From sequence record OP778610: a stretch of 64,000 nt of DNA. One strand, written 5' to 3'. The notes under the pieces were generated by a model, which searched no databases, was not told the DNA's origin, and saw only the letters and a list, made by a program, of their open reading frames with translations. This DNA comes from Escherichia phage W70. The stretch's first letter is position 1. Each line of letters starts with the position of its first letter. Shown here in pieces: positions 28,909 through 38,409 of this stretch. The translations under genes and the position numbers were made by a program.

Positions 28909-29363
28909 TTACAGCCATAATATATGGCATTTGTTTCGTAATCCTTGCTACTCGAAAAGAGAGTGGAACAAAGATAATGGCTGGGCTTTGCCTAGCCTAT
29001 CTCGTATTGGAGAACCTGATCCTTTGGTTCTTCTCTACGCAACAATATTTCGACATCACTCTTTATTTTAATGTTCTCTGGACATTGGATTCGATACTGC
29101 TTTTCACTATGGGTTGTACAGTGAAGGGATTACGACAAAAACTTATCGTATGCCTAAGTATTCCGTTCATGCTTATTCAAGTGTTTGCAATCCAATATCC
29201 AGAATTGTTCCCCTTATGGGTTTACGAATTCGCTCTTAGAGACGCTCACAAATATTTCATAGAAACCTTTGTGTTCGTTTATTCTTGGAAGGATAATACC
29301 GTACCGGAATGGATAAGAACAGCAGTAGTGATATTTCTAGTGCTCATTGCCCACATGGTATGA
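28905..29363 (+). CDS. integral membrane protein
   Basis: 152 aa, about four hydrophobic segments; ATGA overlap with the previous gene. Confidence 0.5.
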   Translation: MITAIIYGICFVILATRKESGTKIMAGLCLAYLVLENLILWFFSTQQYFDITLYFNVLWTLDSILLFTMGCTVKGLRQKLIVCLSIPFMLIQVFAIQYPELFPLWVYEFALRDAHKYFIETFVFVYSWKDNTVPEWIRTAVVIFLVLIAHMV

Positions 29364-29385
29364 ACATTGATAATGAAGGTGATCT

Positions 29386-29646
29386 ATGTTAAAATTTCTC
29401 AAAGACCTAGTGACCTCTGCGGTGGAACCAGATAAAGCTTCTCATACGAAGTTTTGGTCTAACGTAGGTATGGCTGCTATGACTGCCGTCTTTCTCTGGT
29501 ATGGATTCAACAATACATTGCCTGAATGGTACGTATGGCTTTATGCCCCTACGGTAGTGGCCCCACACCTGTTGAGTGACCTCATCAACCTCCGTTGGGG
29601 ATTATCTTTGAAAAAAGATAAAGACCCTTCCGACGAAAACAAGTAA
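29386..29646 (+). CDS. small membrane protein (holin-like topology, speculative)
   Basis: 86 aa with hydrophobic segments and a charged C-terminus (KKDKDPSDENK); sits between fibre genes. Confidence 0.4.
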   Translation: MLKFLKDLVTSAVEPDKASHTKFWSNVGMAAMTAVFLWYGFNNTLPEWYVWLYAPTVVAPHLLSDLINLRWGLSLKKDKDPSDENK

Positions 29647-29658
29647 GAGGAGAAAACT

Positions 29659-32600
29659 GTGTCGTCTAATACTGATATATTGGCACTGGTAAGCACTGAA
29701 GCAGACCTCGCTGTTGATCAGATCATCGAAGACTCTCGAAGACTTCATTTGATCGTCAACGGAACTGCAACAGAACAAGCTGTTACAGAAGATGGTAGCT
29801 TAATTCCTAGTGTACGTAAAGCGATAATTGATAACTTTTATTTTAAAACTCCACCGTTACCGTGGAGAAATGGAAGTTCAGTTATTGAATTCAATCAGTT
29901 GTATGCCTTTACCGATGTAAATGGCAACGTAACTTGGTGGTATGCCCCAGGTGCAACCAGCAGTACCCCTGTCGTTATGCGAGATAGTCCAATCAACGAC
30001 GGGAAGTTTAGACCTTTCTTCGATAAAGGTAACATTCAAGAAACTTACGCCCCTATCCTTTCCCCTGTCTTCCGTGGAAACCCTACCGTACCCCTTGCTG
30101 CTGAAGGCGATAGCTCATTTACTATCGCGAACACCGCTTGGGTTAGCCGAGAAATAGAAAAAGTACGTGGTGAGGTTCTTGAAGAATCCAGAGGTGAATT
30201 CCAAAACATTATCGTTGCAGATGATGCGAGTCTGAAAGATCTCTATGTAAGTGGAGAAACCATCTTTACTGGTGATAGGATCGCTGCTCTTGATGCCGAG
30301 TTATCTTTAAAAAGATTACGAATGACAGGTACAGGCGCAGAAATCGCATTTGAACAAAATGGTGTTCCACCCCAAGCAGGATTAACAAAAAGAACAAATA
30401 TCAAACCTTTCCAAGTCACCACTGGGGTTGTTGATACAGATAATATAACTGCGAGAGAGATCAAGGTTGGAAATACCTCTGTTTCCACGAATTCCCTCGA
30501 TGTTGATGGATTCATGCAAGGTGACTATCTTCACTTACAGGGTAATGCCAACAACGCAGAAGACCGCCCACAACTGATCGTTGACGGTGTTGCGGAAATA
30601 AATACTCTTCGTGTGACGAACACCATTGAAGGATTGAAGGCTGACGTTGAAGGTCTGGATATTAATCCTAACAGTATTGTGGTTGAAAGAACTGCGGAGA
30701 TCAAGGGAAATACAACCCTTGGTGCAGATCTTTCCGTTTCTGGCAATACCGTATTGAAAGATGTACGCATCGATGGTACTCTTACTGGCGCGGGAATCGG
30801 CGTTGATGGTAAAGATATCTCTCCTCGTAACGTGAGTGCAACATCCGTAACAGTTGCAGAGAATTTAAATATCACAGGTCCAACTAATGCTTCCGGCGAT
30901 GTTACAGTAAACAACCTCACTGTTAACGGGACACTTAGAGCAGATATCGATTTTGGAACAAGTGCTGTTGAATTTCAAGATTTAACTGTAACCAATAGAG
31001 CTACGATTAAAGATCTTGAGATCACGGGCAACGTTACAGGTTTTACTCCCTCTGTTGATGGAGAAGCAATATCCCCTTCATCTGTGACAACGACAGGGAA
31101 CATTGATGTTGGAAACAATCTACGTGTCCGTGGCGATCTTAGCCTAGATGGTGAATTGAGCCTTCCAAGCTTAGATACTGGAGATATCTCCGCTGCTGAA
31201 ATTGACGCTGCAAGTCTTTCGGTTAGTGGTGACATTACCGCAGGGACAACCTCGACTACAACGGTTAATAATCTTGTGGTAACAGGAACCACTACAGGAA
31301 TCACTGTAACGGGCAATGTTGATGGACAAGACATTCTCCCATCGTCGGTAGAAACAACGTCTGTAGAAGCTTCTGAGAGCGTTACAACGGCAAACCTGAC
31401 AGCCACTGGAGAAACTCAGGTAAATAACCTGACAATCACGGGAACTGTAACAGGTTTTGAAGTAGACCTCACTGGGCGGGACATTCAGGTTAATACCCTG
31501 ACGGTTACTCGTGGATCAACTTTTGACGAGGTTACTGCTAATAACATAACCAACAATCAAAAGATTACTACGGTAGATCTTCAGGTAACTGGAAACCTGA
31601 CAAATGCCAATGGTGAGCAATTCTTTGCAAACGTCACTGGTCAAGACATTCTTCCAAATAGTGTGCAGTCTGCAACGTCTGTGAGAACTAAAACGCTACG
31701 TGTCGAAGAGACTAGCCTCTTGGAAGGTGCTGTTACCTTAAATGATGGTTTGACTATCACCGCTGGTAATATCACATCTGTTCAAGGTCAAGCAAGCTTC
31801 AATGACGTACAGGTATTTGGATCTCTTCTGGACGCGAATGGTAACGCCTTAGGGACAGCGGAAAGCATAAACGGTAAAGATATCTCTCCCCGTAGCGTAA
31901 CCGCTCAAGTTGAGATTCAGACTACTGCAATTGTTGCTACAGGTCAAGCTGAAGTTGGTTCTTTGATTTCAACTGGACAAGTAACGGCAGGAAGCTTAGA
32001 GGTTTCAGGGATAGGCAACATTGATCAAGTCATCACCGATGATATCCGTGCTGGTAAAGTGACTTCCGGTAACACTGTTATCACTCGCACTGTCGGGTCT
32101 AATGACCCTGCTCTTGAAGTTCGTGGACCAGGTGAGATTCAGGGCGACCTTAATGTAACCGGAACTGTAACTGGTAACATCGACCTTAGCTCTCAGGACG
32201 TTAACGTTGCTTCTATGACCTCAACGGGAACAATAAATGCCCTTTCCATTGAGTCTCGTACATCGGTAATTGGATTATCTGGTACATTCGGTGAAGATTA
32301 TGAAGGTGCACCTACATACGGGATAACTTCTCTTTCCGGCGCAAACATCAACAAGAACCTTCGAGTTGGTGGAAACCTGACTGTTGTTGGTAACATCTCT
32401 GGCAATATCGACTTGTCTGGAAAGGCGATCGAGCCTGCATCTTTGTCTACCACGACAGCTACGTTAACGACGGCGAACATAACAGACCTGACTGTAACTG
32501 GTCAGTTTAATATCCCGACTGTACCGTTAAATGTTCAATCCCTTAGTTCTGAAAACGCTATTTCCGCAAGCAAGTTCAGCACCACACCAAAAGAAGTAAG

Positions 32601-32892
32601 CACCACCTCTTCTTCTTATATCCCAGACGGCTCAACGAGCATATATAACGTAAACGTTATAAATGATGTTGAAGTGAAAGCGCCGATTGGCCTGTTGAGT
32701 TCAGGAAAAGGTGAGTCAGTATTCCTCTTCTTTGAACAGGATGGTACTGGTGGACATGCGGTAACATTCGGATCGGAGTTTGTTGTGCACGGTACTGAAA
32801 CCATCAACACAGATGCAAACACTGTATCGGTAGTTAACATGGTTTATCGTGGCAAAGGCCCATTGATTGACGTATTCATCACTCGTCGCTAA
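29659..32892 (+). CDS. long tail fibre or tail spike protein
   Basis: 1077 aa, GTG start; highly repetitive Thr/Val/Gly/Asn beta-rich sequence with recurring motifs (ITG.VTG, GKDISP.SV, NNLTV.GT). Confidence 0.6.
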   Translation: MSSNTDILALVSTEADLAVDQIIEDSRRLHLIVNGTATEQAVTEDGSLIPSVRKAIIDNFYFKTPPLPWRNGSSVIEFNQLYAFTDVNGNVTWWYAPGATSSTPVVMRDSPINDGKFRPFFDKGNIQETYAPILSPVFRGNPTVPLAAEGDSSFTIANTAWVSREIEKVRGEVLEESRGEFQNIIVADDASLKDLYVSGETIFTGDRIAALDAELSLKRLRMTGTGAEIAFEQNGVPPQAGLTKRTNIKPFQVTTGVVDTDNITAREIKVGNTSVSTNSLDVDGFMQGDYLHLQGNANNAEDRPQLIVDGVAEINTLRVTNTIEGLKADVEGLDINPNSIVVERTAEIKGNTTLGADLSVSGNTVLKDVRIDGTLTGAGIGVDGKDISPRNVSATSVTVAENLNITGPTNASGDVTVNNLTVNGTLRADIDFGTSAVEFQDLTVTNRATIKDLEITGNVTGFTPSVDGEAISPSSVTTTGNIDVGNNLRVRGDLSLDGELSLPSLDTGDISAAEIDAASLSVSGDITAGTTSTTTVNNLVVTGTTTGITVTGNVDGQDILPSSVETTSVEASESVTTANLTATGETQVNNLTITGTVTGFEVDLTGRDIQVNTLTVTRGSTFDEVTANNITNNQKITTVDLQVTGNLTNANGEQFFANVTGQDILPNSVQSATSVRTKTLRVEETSLLEGAVTLNDGLTITAGNITSVQGQASFNDVQVFGSLLDANGNALGTAESINGKDISPRSVTAQVEIQTTAIVATGQAEVGSLISTGQVTAGSLEVSGIGNIDQVITDDIRAGKVTSGNTVITRTVGSNDPALEVRGPGEIQGDLNVTGTVTGNIDLSSQDVNVASMTSTGTINALSIESRTSVIGLSGTFGEDYEGAPTYGITSLSGANINKNLRVGGNLTVVGNISGNIDLSGKAIEPASLSTTTATLTTANITDLTVTGQFNIPTVPLNVQSLSSENAISASKFSTTPKEVSTTSSSYIPDGSTSIYNVNVINDVEVKAPIGLLSSGKGESVFLFFEQDGTGGHAVTFGSEFVVHGTETINTDANTVSVVNMVYRGKGPLIDVFITRR

Positions 32893-32894
32893 TA

Positions 32895-32921
32895 GAGGCC
32901 CTTCGGGGCCTTTTCTTTTTA
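32895..32921 (+). terminator. rho-independent terminator
   Basis: aggccc-ttcg-gggcct hairpin plus ttttcttttt. Confidence 0.65.
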
Positions 32922-32931
32922 GGAGGACAAC

Positions 32932-34167
32932 ATGATCCCTTTTCCAATTATTAATTTCGGTGGCGGTGTTCCACTACCTGTAGGCGTTACAATCAAGTAT
33001 GCAGTAAGTACCAGCACCGGAAATATTTTTATTCTGCTTACCAATGGGCATCTATATGTAACCGGATCTAATTATCTAAACGGGCTTGGTAAAACAGGGA
33101 CCACAAATAATGCAACTTCGGGATGGTCACTTACTAACACAGGTGTTGAAGAAGTTTATGAGGTAGGAACAGAAAGTACACTGTACGGCGGTGTGTGGGT
33201 TAAGAAAAATAATAACCACTATGAATATATCTCTGCCGTAGTCTTTCCCACTGTTGACACAACTCTCCAAAACAGTTGGAACGTCTTGCCTGAATCCGCA
33301 TACATCGTTGATGGTGTAAATATCTTATCTTCAGCAATACAAATAGCCAGATCATACGCGATCCAACCCGACGGCACTGTTTACAGACTGCTTCCAGAGG
33401 GGCCGCAAGTAGCTTGGCCTGAAAAAACAAAATACCTGTATTTTGCAAACTATAATGCCATTCGTGTCGAGGTGGATGGGACTTTAAAATACCGAGGCGA
33501 CAATGGTGTAGATCAAGTGGCAGGCACTTCTGCCGGAACAACATTATCAACTTGGACAACCATCGGGGATTCTTCTGTAAGGTATATTAGGGCAAAATGT
33601 GCTCGTGGTCAAGTGGCTAACACGAGTGGCGGTTCAGGTGCTCAATCTATTGTACTTGTTGTTGCACAGAGGGAAGATGGGTCATGGGATGCAGTTGGAT
33701 CGACAGCAAGAGCAGGGATAAACTCAACCAACGTCCTCGGTCCTAATTTAGCACCTATGACAAGCATACCTGCGGGGGTTGAAGTTTATGTCACTAACCA
33801 GGTCAGTTATACAAACGCAAGTGTGGGAACAAGGGGAGCATTGCAAGTGTTCATCTCCGATAGGGTTAATGGCATCTATCAATCAACGGGTGGACAAGGT
33901 GGATACACCTATTCTTTATTTAGGAATCTTTCTATAACCACTAATGCAACATCTTTCGATAATATATCTGAAGATATTATAAACGATGGTGGTATCCTTC
34001 ACATGACGGGTTCATTATCCGATACTTTCAAAGTGATTGTTAGTGGTAATGGTAATCTTTACTGGACAGGGAGAGGATATTCAGGGGCTATGTACCCTGC
34101 TGACTTTACGGCCTCTAATACGATAGCTCAGAAGTTTAACTTGGAAGGTATAGTTATTCCAGCATAA
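32932..34167 (+). CDS. distal tail fibre or receptor-binding protein (putative)
   Basis: 411 aa ORF after the long fibre gene; last + strand gene before the convergent terminator. Confidence 0.4.
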   Translation: MIPFPIINFGGGVPLPVGVTIKYAVSTSTGNIFILLTNGHLYVTGSNYLNGLGKTGTTNNATSGWSLTNTGVEEVYEVGTESTLYGGVWVKKNNNHYEYISAVVFPTVDTTLQNSWNVLPESAYIVDGVNILSSAIQIARSYAIQPDGTVYRLLPEGPQVAWPEKTKYLYFANYNAIRVEVDGTLKYRGDNGVDQVAGTSAGTTLSTWTTIGDSSVRYIRAKCARGQVANTSGGSGAQSIVLVVAQREDGSWDAVGSTARAGINSTNVLGPNLAPMTSIPAGVEVYVTNQVSYTNASVGTRGALQVFISDRVNGIYQSTGGQGGYTYSLFRNLSITTNATSFDNISEDIINDGGILHMTGSLSDTFKVIVSGNGNLYWTGRGYSGAMYPADFTASNTIAQKFNLEGIVIPA

Positions 34168-34203
34168 AGAAAAGGCGCTCAAATGAGCGCCTTTATTTTT
34201 ATC
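34168..34203. terminator. bidirectional rho-independent terminator between convergent modules
   Basis: aaaggcgctc-aaatg-agcgccttt hairpin flanked by an A-run on one side and a T-run on the other. Confidence 0.7.
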
Positions 34204-34215
34204 TAAATTTTACGA

Positions 34216-35391
34216 TCAAAACGGAATATCGTCGTCAAAATCCATATCATCTACAGACATATTTACATGTCCTTCAATATCAGGGGTAGGTGAATCTTCT
34301 GCTGACGGAGTTAACTGCGGTTCCGGCTCAGGTTTCTTTTCCTCTTGCTTAGGAGTTGAAGCACCGTTACGGATCTTATCTTCCAATTGACAGATGAATC
34401 GGAAATTCTCTTCAGTCTTAGCAATAAAGGTTTCGATATTGTCACGACCCCAACGGGCAGAAAGAATGCCACACTGGCCTAAACGAGCACCGAAAGAGTA
34501 ATCATCCATAGATTTAAACTCTTCACGCAGTTTTGCTTTGATCGAATCCATCGCTGCAAGAACTTGTTCTACGATCACACCCTGATTTGCAATAGTTTCA
34601 TCAGGGAACATTGCATCGGTAATAGATAGTGCATTACCTAAACGAATAGGTAGATCATCTTTACCTTTACCTGAACGTGATCCTGTTCCAGTACTTGCAC
34701 CTTTTGGACCGTAAGCTTTAAAGCCTGTAACCGTACCATCATCTGAACGAACACCTGCAATACGACCACCTTCTGTAATCTGACCCGTCTGTTCATCAGT
34801 GAGGTTTACAGTAACTTCTGTGCCGTCTTCCAGCTTAACAACTACCTTATTGCCTTCGATAGATGTGATATCACCATAAATCTTCTTAGCTGCACCACCA
34901 GACGGCTTTTGCTGCTGTTGGGAACCACTTGATTGCTGCTGTTGCTGACGAGGCTCACGAGCACCGGATGCGTCAGTAATCTTGATACGTGCTTTCTTAC
35001 CTTCTGTAGAAGAACCTTGACTACCATCTTGTTTGGTATAGGTCTTGATAACAACAGGTAAACGAATTTTCATACCCTCTTTAAGATCGGTGTAACCACC
35101 TTCAGGATTTTTAATCTGGAACTGATTCTCATACTTCAGATTTTTAACTTCACCCTCACCAAAAGAAATCCATGCTTGATCTTCACCTTCTTTAAGAAGA
35201 ACCGCATAGCGGTGGGTATTGTTAATGCTTTTCTGCTGACCAGTATTCTTGTCTTTGAAGGTAGTCACTCGTGGGCTACCATCTTCATTAATACGTTTGA
35301 TCATGATACGTTCAATCGTACCTGCTGCAATGTTTACTGTGGTATCGGAAACAGCATCGTATACAGCATTGATAACTTTAACTTCAGACAT
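34216..35391 (-). CDS. ssb: single-stranded DNA-binding protein-like, with E. coli SSB-type acidic tip
   Basis: 391 aa; Gln/Gly-rich linker (QQQQQSSGSQQQQKPSGG); C-terminus DDMDFDDDIPF matches the E. coli SSB tip MDFDDDIPF as I recall it. Confidence 0.55.
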   Translation of the reverse strand: MSEVKVINAVYDAVSDTTVNIAAGTIERIMIKRINEDGSPRVTTFKDKNTGQQKSINNTHRYAVLLKEGEDQAWISFGEGEVKNLKYENQFQIKNPEGGYTDLKEGMKIRLPVVIKTYTKQDGSQGSSTEGKKARIKITDASGAREPRQQQQQSSGSQQQQKPSGGAAKKIYGDITSIEGNKVVVKLEDGTEVTVNLTDEQTGQITEGGRIAGVRSDDGTVTGFKAYGPKGASTGTGSRSGKGKDDLPIRLGNALSITDAMFPDETIANQGVIVEQVLAAMDSIKAKLREEFKSMDDYSFGARLGQCGILSARWGRDNIETFIAKTEENFRFICQLEDKIRNGASTPKQEEKKPEPEPQLTPSAEDSPTPDIEGHVNMSVDDMDFDDDIPF

Positions 35392-35474
35392 TTAAATCTC
35401 CTTTAACTATTGAACACACCACTTAAGGCCGAGAAACTATATTACAACTAACTTATTTGAATTGCAAACAACTT

Positions 35475-35855
35475 TTAGAGATAAACTCGCTTAACTTTTT
35501 CATGAACATTATCAAACAAAGTGTTGATCATCTGCAAGTCTTTAATAAGTTCTTCCGTAAATTGTTCTTCTTTGTGAGCAAACACACGAGAACGGTCAAT
35601 GTTTACAGGATCTGAACTTTGGTCGCCTGACAGATCGAAAATGTCGATACCGATACGAGCACGGCCTTTTTCAATCTTGTTGTTTTCATCAATACCGAAG
35701 ACACTCATGATTTGCATTTCACGATCTTCTTCACTGTTTGTGTAAATGATCGTCGTATTCAAATTCTTAACACCATCGTAAATGTGAATGTTACGTGTCG
35801 CAGAGATAGGAATCCAATCAGCAACCAAATAATCTTTACCGTCGAAAATACTCAT
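35475..35855 (-). CDS. hypothetical protein
   Basis: 126 aa ORF. Confidence 0.5.
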   Translation of the reverse strand: MSIFDGKDYLVADWIPISATRNIHIYDGVKNLNTTIIYTNSEEDREMQIMSVFGIDENNKIEKGRARIGIDIFDLSGDQSSDPVNIDRSRVFAHKEEQFTEELIKDLQMINTLFDNVHEKVKRVYL

Positions 35856-35909
35856 CTTCTTTCCTCTTTTGTTTAAGTGGGGCCATTATGCCCCACACTT
35901 AACTTTCTG
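35856..35909 (-). promoter_or_regulatory. sigma70-like promoter candidate overlapping a hairpin
   Basis: On the - strand, TTGACA, 17-nt spacer, CATAAT; the -10 sits in the loop of a GTGGGGC/GCCCCAC stem. Confidence 0.3.
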
Positions 35910-36482
35910 TCAAGGACGTTTCGGTGGACTAACGACACCTTTTTTAGATAAAGGTAATTCGTCTGCATCTTTTCCACGGAGAGATTCTAACCACTCATCT
36001 AAAGATAGAGGTACTTTGCCAACACCCTTGGACCATACAGATAAGCAATACAGGTCGTATGCAGATGGGCCAGCATCACCCTTGTCACCATACGGCCCTT
36101 TTAAACTCGCCAACCAATCCTTTTCATTCAGTGGGATAGTGCCTGGATCTTCTTGTCGAAGAACTCTTAGGTATGTTTCATAAGCAGACTCTCCACGGGG
36201 ACCCATTGGACCAGGTAAACCTTGCGGTCCCTTTGCATAGTCTAAATATGCAGACTTTGAACCATCATTGACCACTGAAACTTTATACAATGACCAAGCC
36301 AACAGAACTATCCAACAAGCAAACAATGCAAGCGGGTAAGGGATCATTGAAGTAAAGAATGACAGGGCTAAAATTACAACCTTGTTCTTGTGATCACGAC
36401 GGAAAGCGATGATCACAGGGGCTAACCAGATAGCAAAGATAACCCACGCAGATAAGATAAACAACCAACTAATGTATTCCAT
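35910..36482 (-). CDS. membrane protein: superinfection-immunity-like N-terminus fused to collagen and tail-fibre repeats
   Basis: 190 aa; N-terminal about 65 aa with two hydrophobic helices and motif PVIIAFRRDHKNKVVILALSFF; then GPQGLPGPMGPRG and two SAY...WL.SL(K/R)G repeats like those in the 7003-10803 fibre protein. Confidence 0.6.
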   Translation of the reverse strand: MEYISWLFILSAWVIFAIWLAPVIIAFRRDHKNKVVILALSFFTSMIPYPLALFACWIVLLAWSLYKVSVVNDGSKSAYLDYAKGPQGLPGPMGPRGESAYETYLRVLRQEDPGTIPLNEKDWLASLKGPYGDKGDAGPSAYDLYCLSVWSKGVGKVPLSLDEWLESLRGKDADELPLSKKGVVSPPKRP

Positions 36483-36670
36483 TAAGCCTCCTCAGTATCG
36501 TCTTTAAAGTAATCTAACATCCAACTCTCTACAGGTTTCGCATAGTAACCCGTTCGCCCTTTCTTTTGGAACTCCATAACAATTTCATTTGCAATACCTT
36601 TTGTGATTGCGATCCCGATCAGTGCACCACCAGGCCCCATTACTGCATGTGAACTAAGATCATTACTCAT
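36482..36670 (-). CDS. hypothetical small protein
   Basis: 62 aa ORF, ATGA overlap with the downstream gene. Confidence 0.4.
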   Translation of the reverse strand: MSNDLSSHAVMGPGGALIGIAITKGIANEIVMEFQKKGRTGYYAKPVESWMLDYFKDDTEEA

Positions 36671-36962
36671 TTTTAACCCCCTTCATTTTATCTCTTAAAC
36701 TTTGAGCATCCCACGTATAACCTGAGGAGATACCTTTTTCACGTTCACTATCTTTGAACTTGCAAATTACAGATTTTGCTTCACCATCAACAACAACCGC
36801 ATAACTGTTGTAGTAATTGTGTTGCTTCTTGCAAAATTCGTGTAACTCCTTGACCTCTATTGGCATCAGAGAAGGTAGATTTTTGTATCGCTTTGTCTGA
36901 TCATCTTCACCCTCTCCGCAACCAACAAGAAGAAGTATACATAAAATGATTAACCTTTTCAA
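36663..36962 (-). CDS. lipoprotein (putative)
   Basis: 99 aa; signal peptide with lipobox MKRLIILCILLLVGC; TTG start. Confidence 0.55.
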   Translation of the reverse strand: MKRLIILCILLLVGCGEGEDDQTKRYKNLPSLMPIEVKELHEFCKKQHNYYNSYAVVVDGEAKSVICKFKDSEREKGISSGYTWDAQSLRDKMKGVKNE

Positions 36963-37114
36963 TAGCTACCCCCAAAATATTTTGTAGTCTCTACTGCAAA
37001 TATTGTCCCAAGTATGAACCATGTCGCACTTAGCACGTTGAAAGGTAAAAACCTCGATCCTGCAAGAGAAACCATAATAAAAAACGTTACAAAAATCTCT
37101 GGAGGAATCATCAT
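36959..37114 (-). CDS. small hydrophobic protein (ORF missing from the track)
   Basis: 51 aa ORF MMIPPEIFVTFFIMVSLAGSRFLPFNVLSATWFILGTIFAVETTKYFGGSY; ATG overlaps the upstream stop (ATGA) and its stop overlaps the lipoprotein start. Confidence 0.3.
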   Translation of the reverse strand: MMIPPEIFVTFFIMVSLAGSRFLPFNVLSATWFILGTIFAVETTKYFGGSY

Positions 37115-37512
37115 TGTTTGATAGTCCCTTTGGCGATCATCTCGTCAAGTTCATCTTCCGCACGACACATGATTTGGTAGATAGTTTCTGGATTGTTTAA
37201 GAATTCTGTGTACTTCTTGATACGACAAACTAAACGTGCACGAACTTTACGCTCACGGGCCACATGATTAAAGTAATGTCCCTTTTGTCTGTAGACCCAA
37301 GCATAATATACAGTTTTTGCTCTCTGGCGATCAGAACCTAAACGTTCAGCTAATTCTGTGTACGGGTCATTGTTGGTTGGACCAAACAAAAATATTTCTG
37401 CAAAACTTTCCTTCATGATACGAGCTTCTTCATCCGTAACTCGCGGACATTCTTCAGAACCGTAACGTGGGGTTTTAGTGGCATTTGGCTTCTTAGGGTA
37501 TACTTTACGCAT
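37111..37512 (-). CDS. hypothetical protein
   Basis: 133 aa basic protein with SD. Confidence 0.5.
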   Translation of the reverse strand: MRKVYPKKPNATKTPRYGSEECPRVTDEEARIMKESFAEIFLFGPTNNDPYTELAERLGSDRQRAKTVYYAWVYRQKGHYFNHVARERKVRARLVCRIKKYTEFLNNPETIYQIMCRAEDELDEMIAKGTIKQ

Positions 37513-37579
37513 TTCATCACTCCTCTAATTAAAACTCTTACTCCCGATGTGAGGAGCCTTTCGGCCCCTCCCTTAAATA

Positions 37580-38188
37580 TCAATCACAACTGCTTGAAGA
37601 ACTGCTACTGCTACTATCCGAAGAATAACTATCGTAAGATGATGAGCTATCATACGAACTTGATCGACTTGGAGAACAGTAAGAACTTGAACTACTTGTA
37701 CGATCTTCACTGGATGACATTACGGCAGCATACGTTGCCACACCACCTAAAGCTGCCACCTGAGGATCAACCTGGCTAGTCCCGTACCCGTTTGGGGAGT
37801 CGCTCATCTTACGTGGTGCTGCCCGACGTGCCTGATCAATATACTGTCGCTTTGCCTTCGGCGGTAATTTCTTACCTTGAGCATAGGACGGTAATTCAAC
37901 GCCCTTCAGTTGTTCATCCAAGGACTTAGGCGGTGTAGCCTGAGCTTTTGGGCGTTCAATTGAGATATCTACAACCTTCATTGTTTTATCTTTAAGGTTT
38001 ACCCCTACCAACGCTTCATTTTCCTTTAGTGGTTCTTCTAAAGATCGTGTTTCAACTGGACTGAATTTAACGCTTGCAGTTTCTTGACGTTGTTCAGCTT
38101 GCTTTGCGATATACTTATCGATCGCCGCAGTTTCTACTTCCAGAGGAATAAATAATGATTTTACCCAAGCAACAAACTTCTTGATCAT
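37580..38188 (-). CDS. hypothetical protein with Ser/Tyr/Asp low-complexity tail
   Basis: 202 aa; C-terminal 45 residues almost entirely S, Y and D. Confidence 0.5.
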   Translation of the reverse strand: MIKKFVAWVKSLFIPLEVETAAIDKYIAKQAEQRQETASVKFSPVETRSLEEPLKENEALVGVNLKDKTMKVVDISIERPKAQATPPKSLDEQLKGVELPSYAQGKKLPPKAKRQYIDQARRAAPRKMSDSPNGYGTSQVDPQVAALGGVATYAAVMSSSEDRTSSSSSYCSPSRSSSYDSSSSYDSYSSDSSSSSSSSSCD

Positions 38189-38409
38189 ACTCTTTCTCCT
38201 TTTTCATCAATAACGATTAATGGCTCAATAACTAAAAGGCGCTGCTTCATAAGACTTTTTATAGTCTCATCGATATCAGATAGAAGAATATCTTTTTGAC
38301 TTTCTATCCAATTACGTGCTGCCTTTTCTGAAACAAATGCAATACCTTCTTGACCAATATCCCATTCACAGAATACTTTATACACCATCATCTTCTCCCT
38401 TGTCAACAT
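38185..38409 (-). CDS. hypothetical small protein
   Basis: 74 aa ORF, overlapping start/stop with neighbours. Confidence 0.45.
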   Translation of the reverse strand: MLTREKMMVYKVFCEWDIGQEGIAFVSEKAARNWIESQKDILLSDIDETIKSLMKQRLLVIEPLIVIDEKGERV

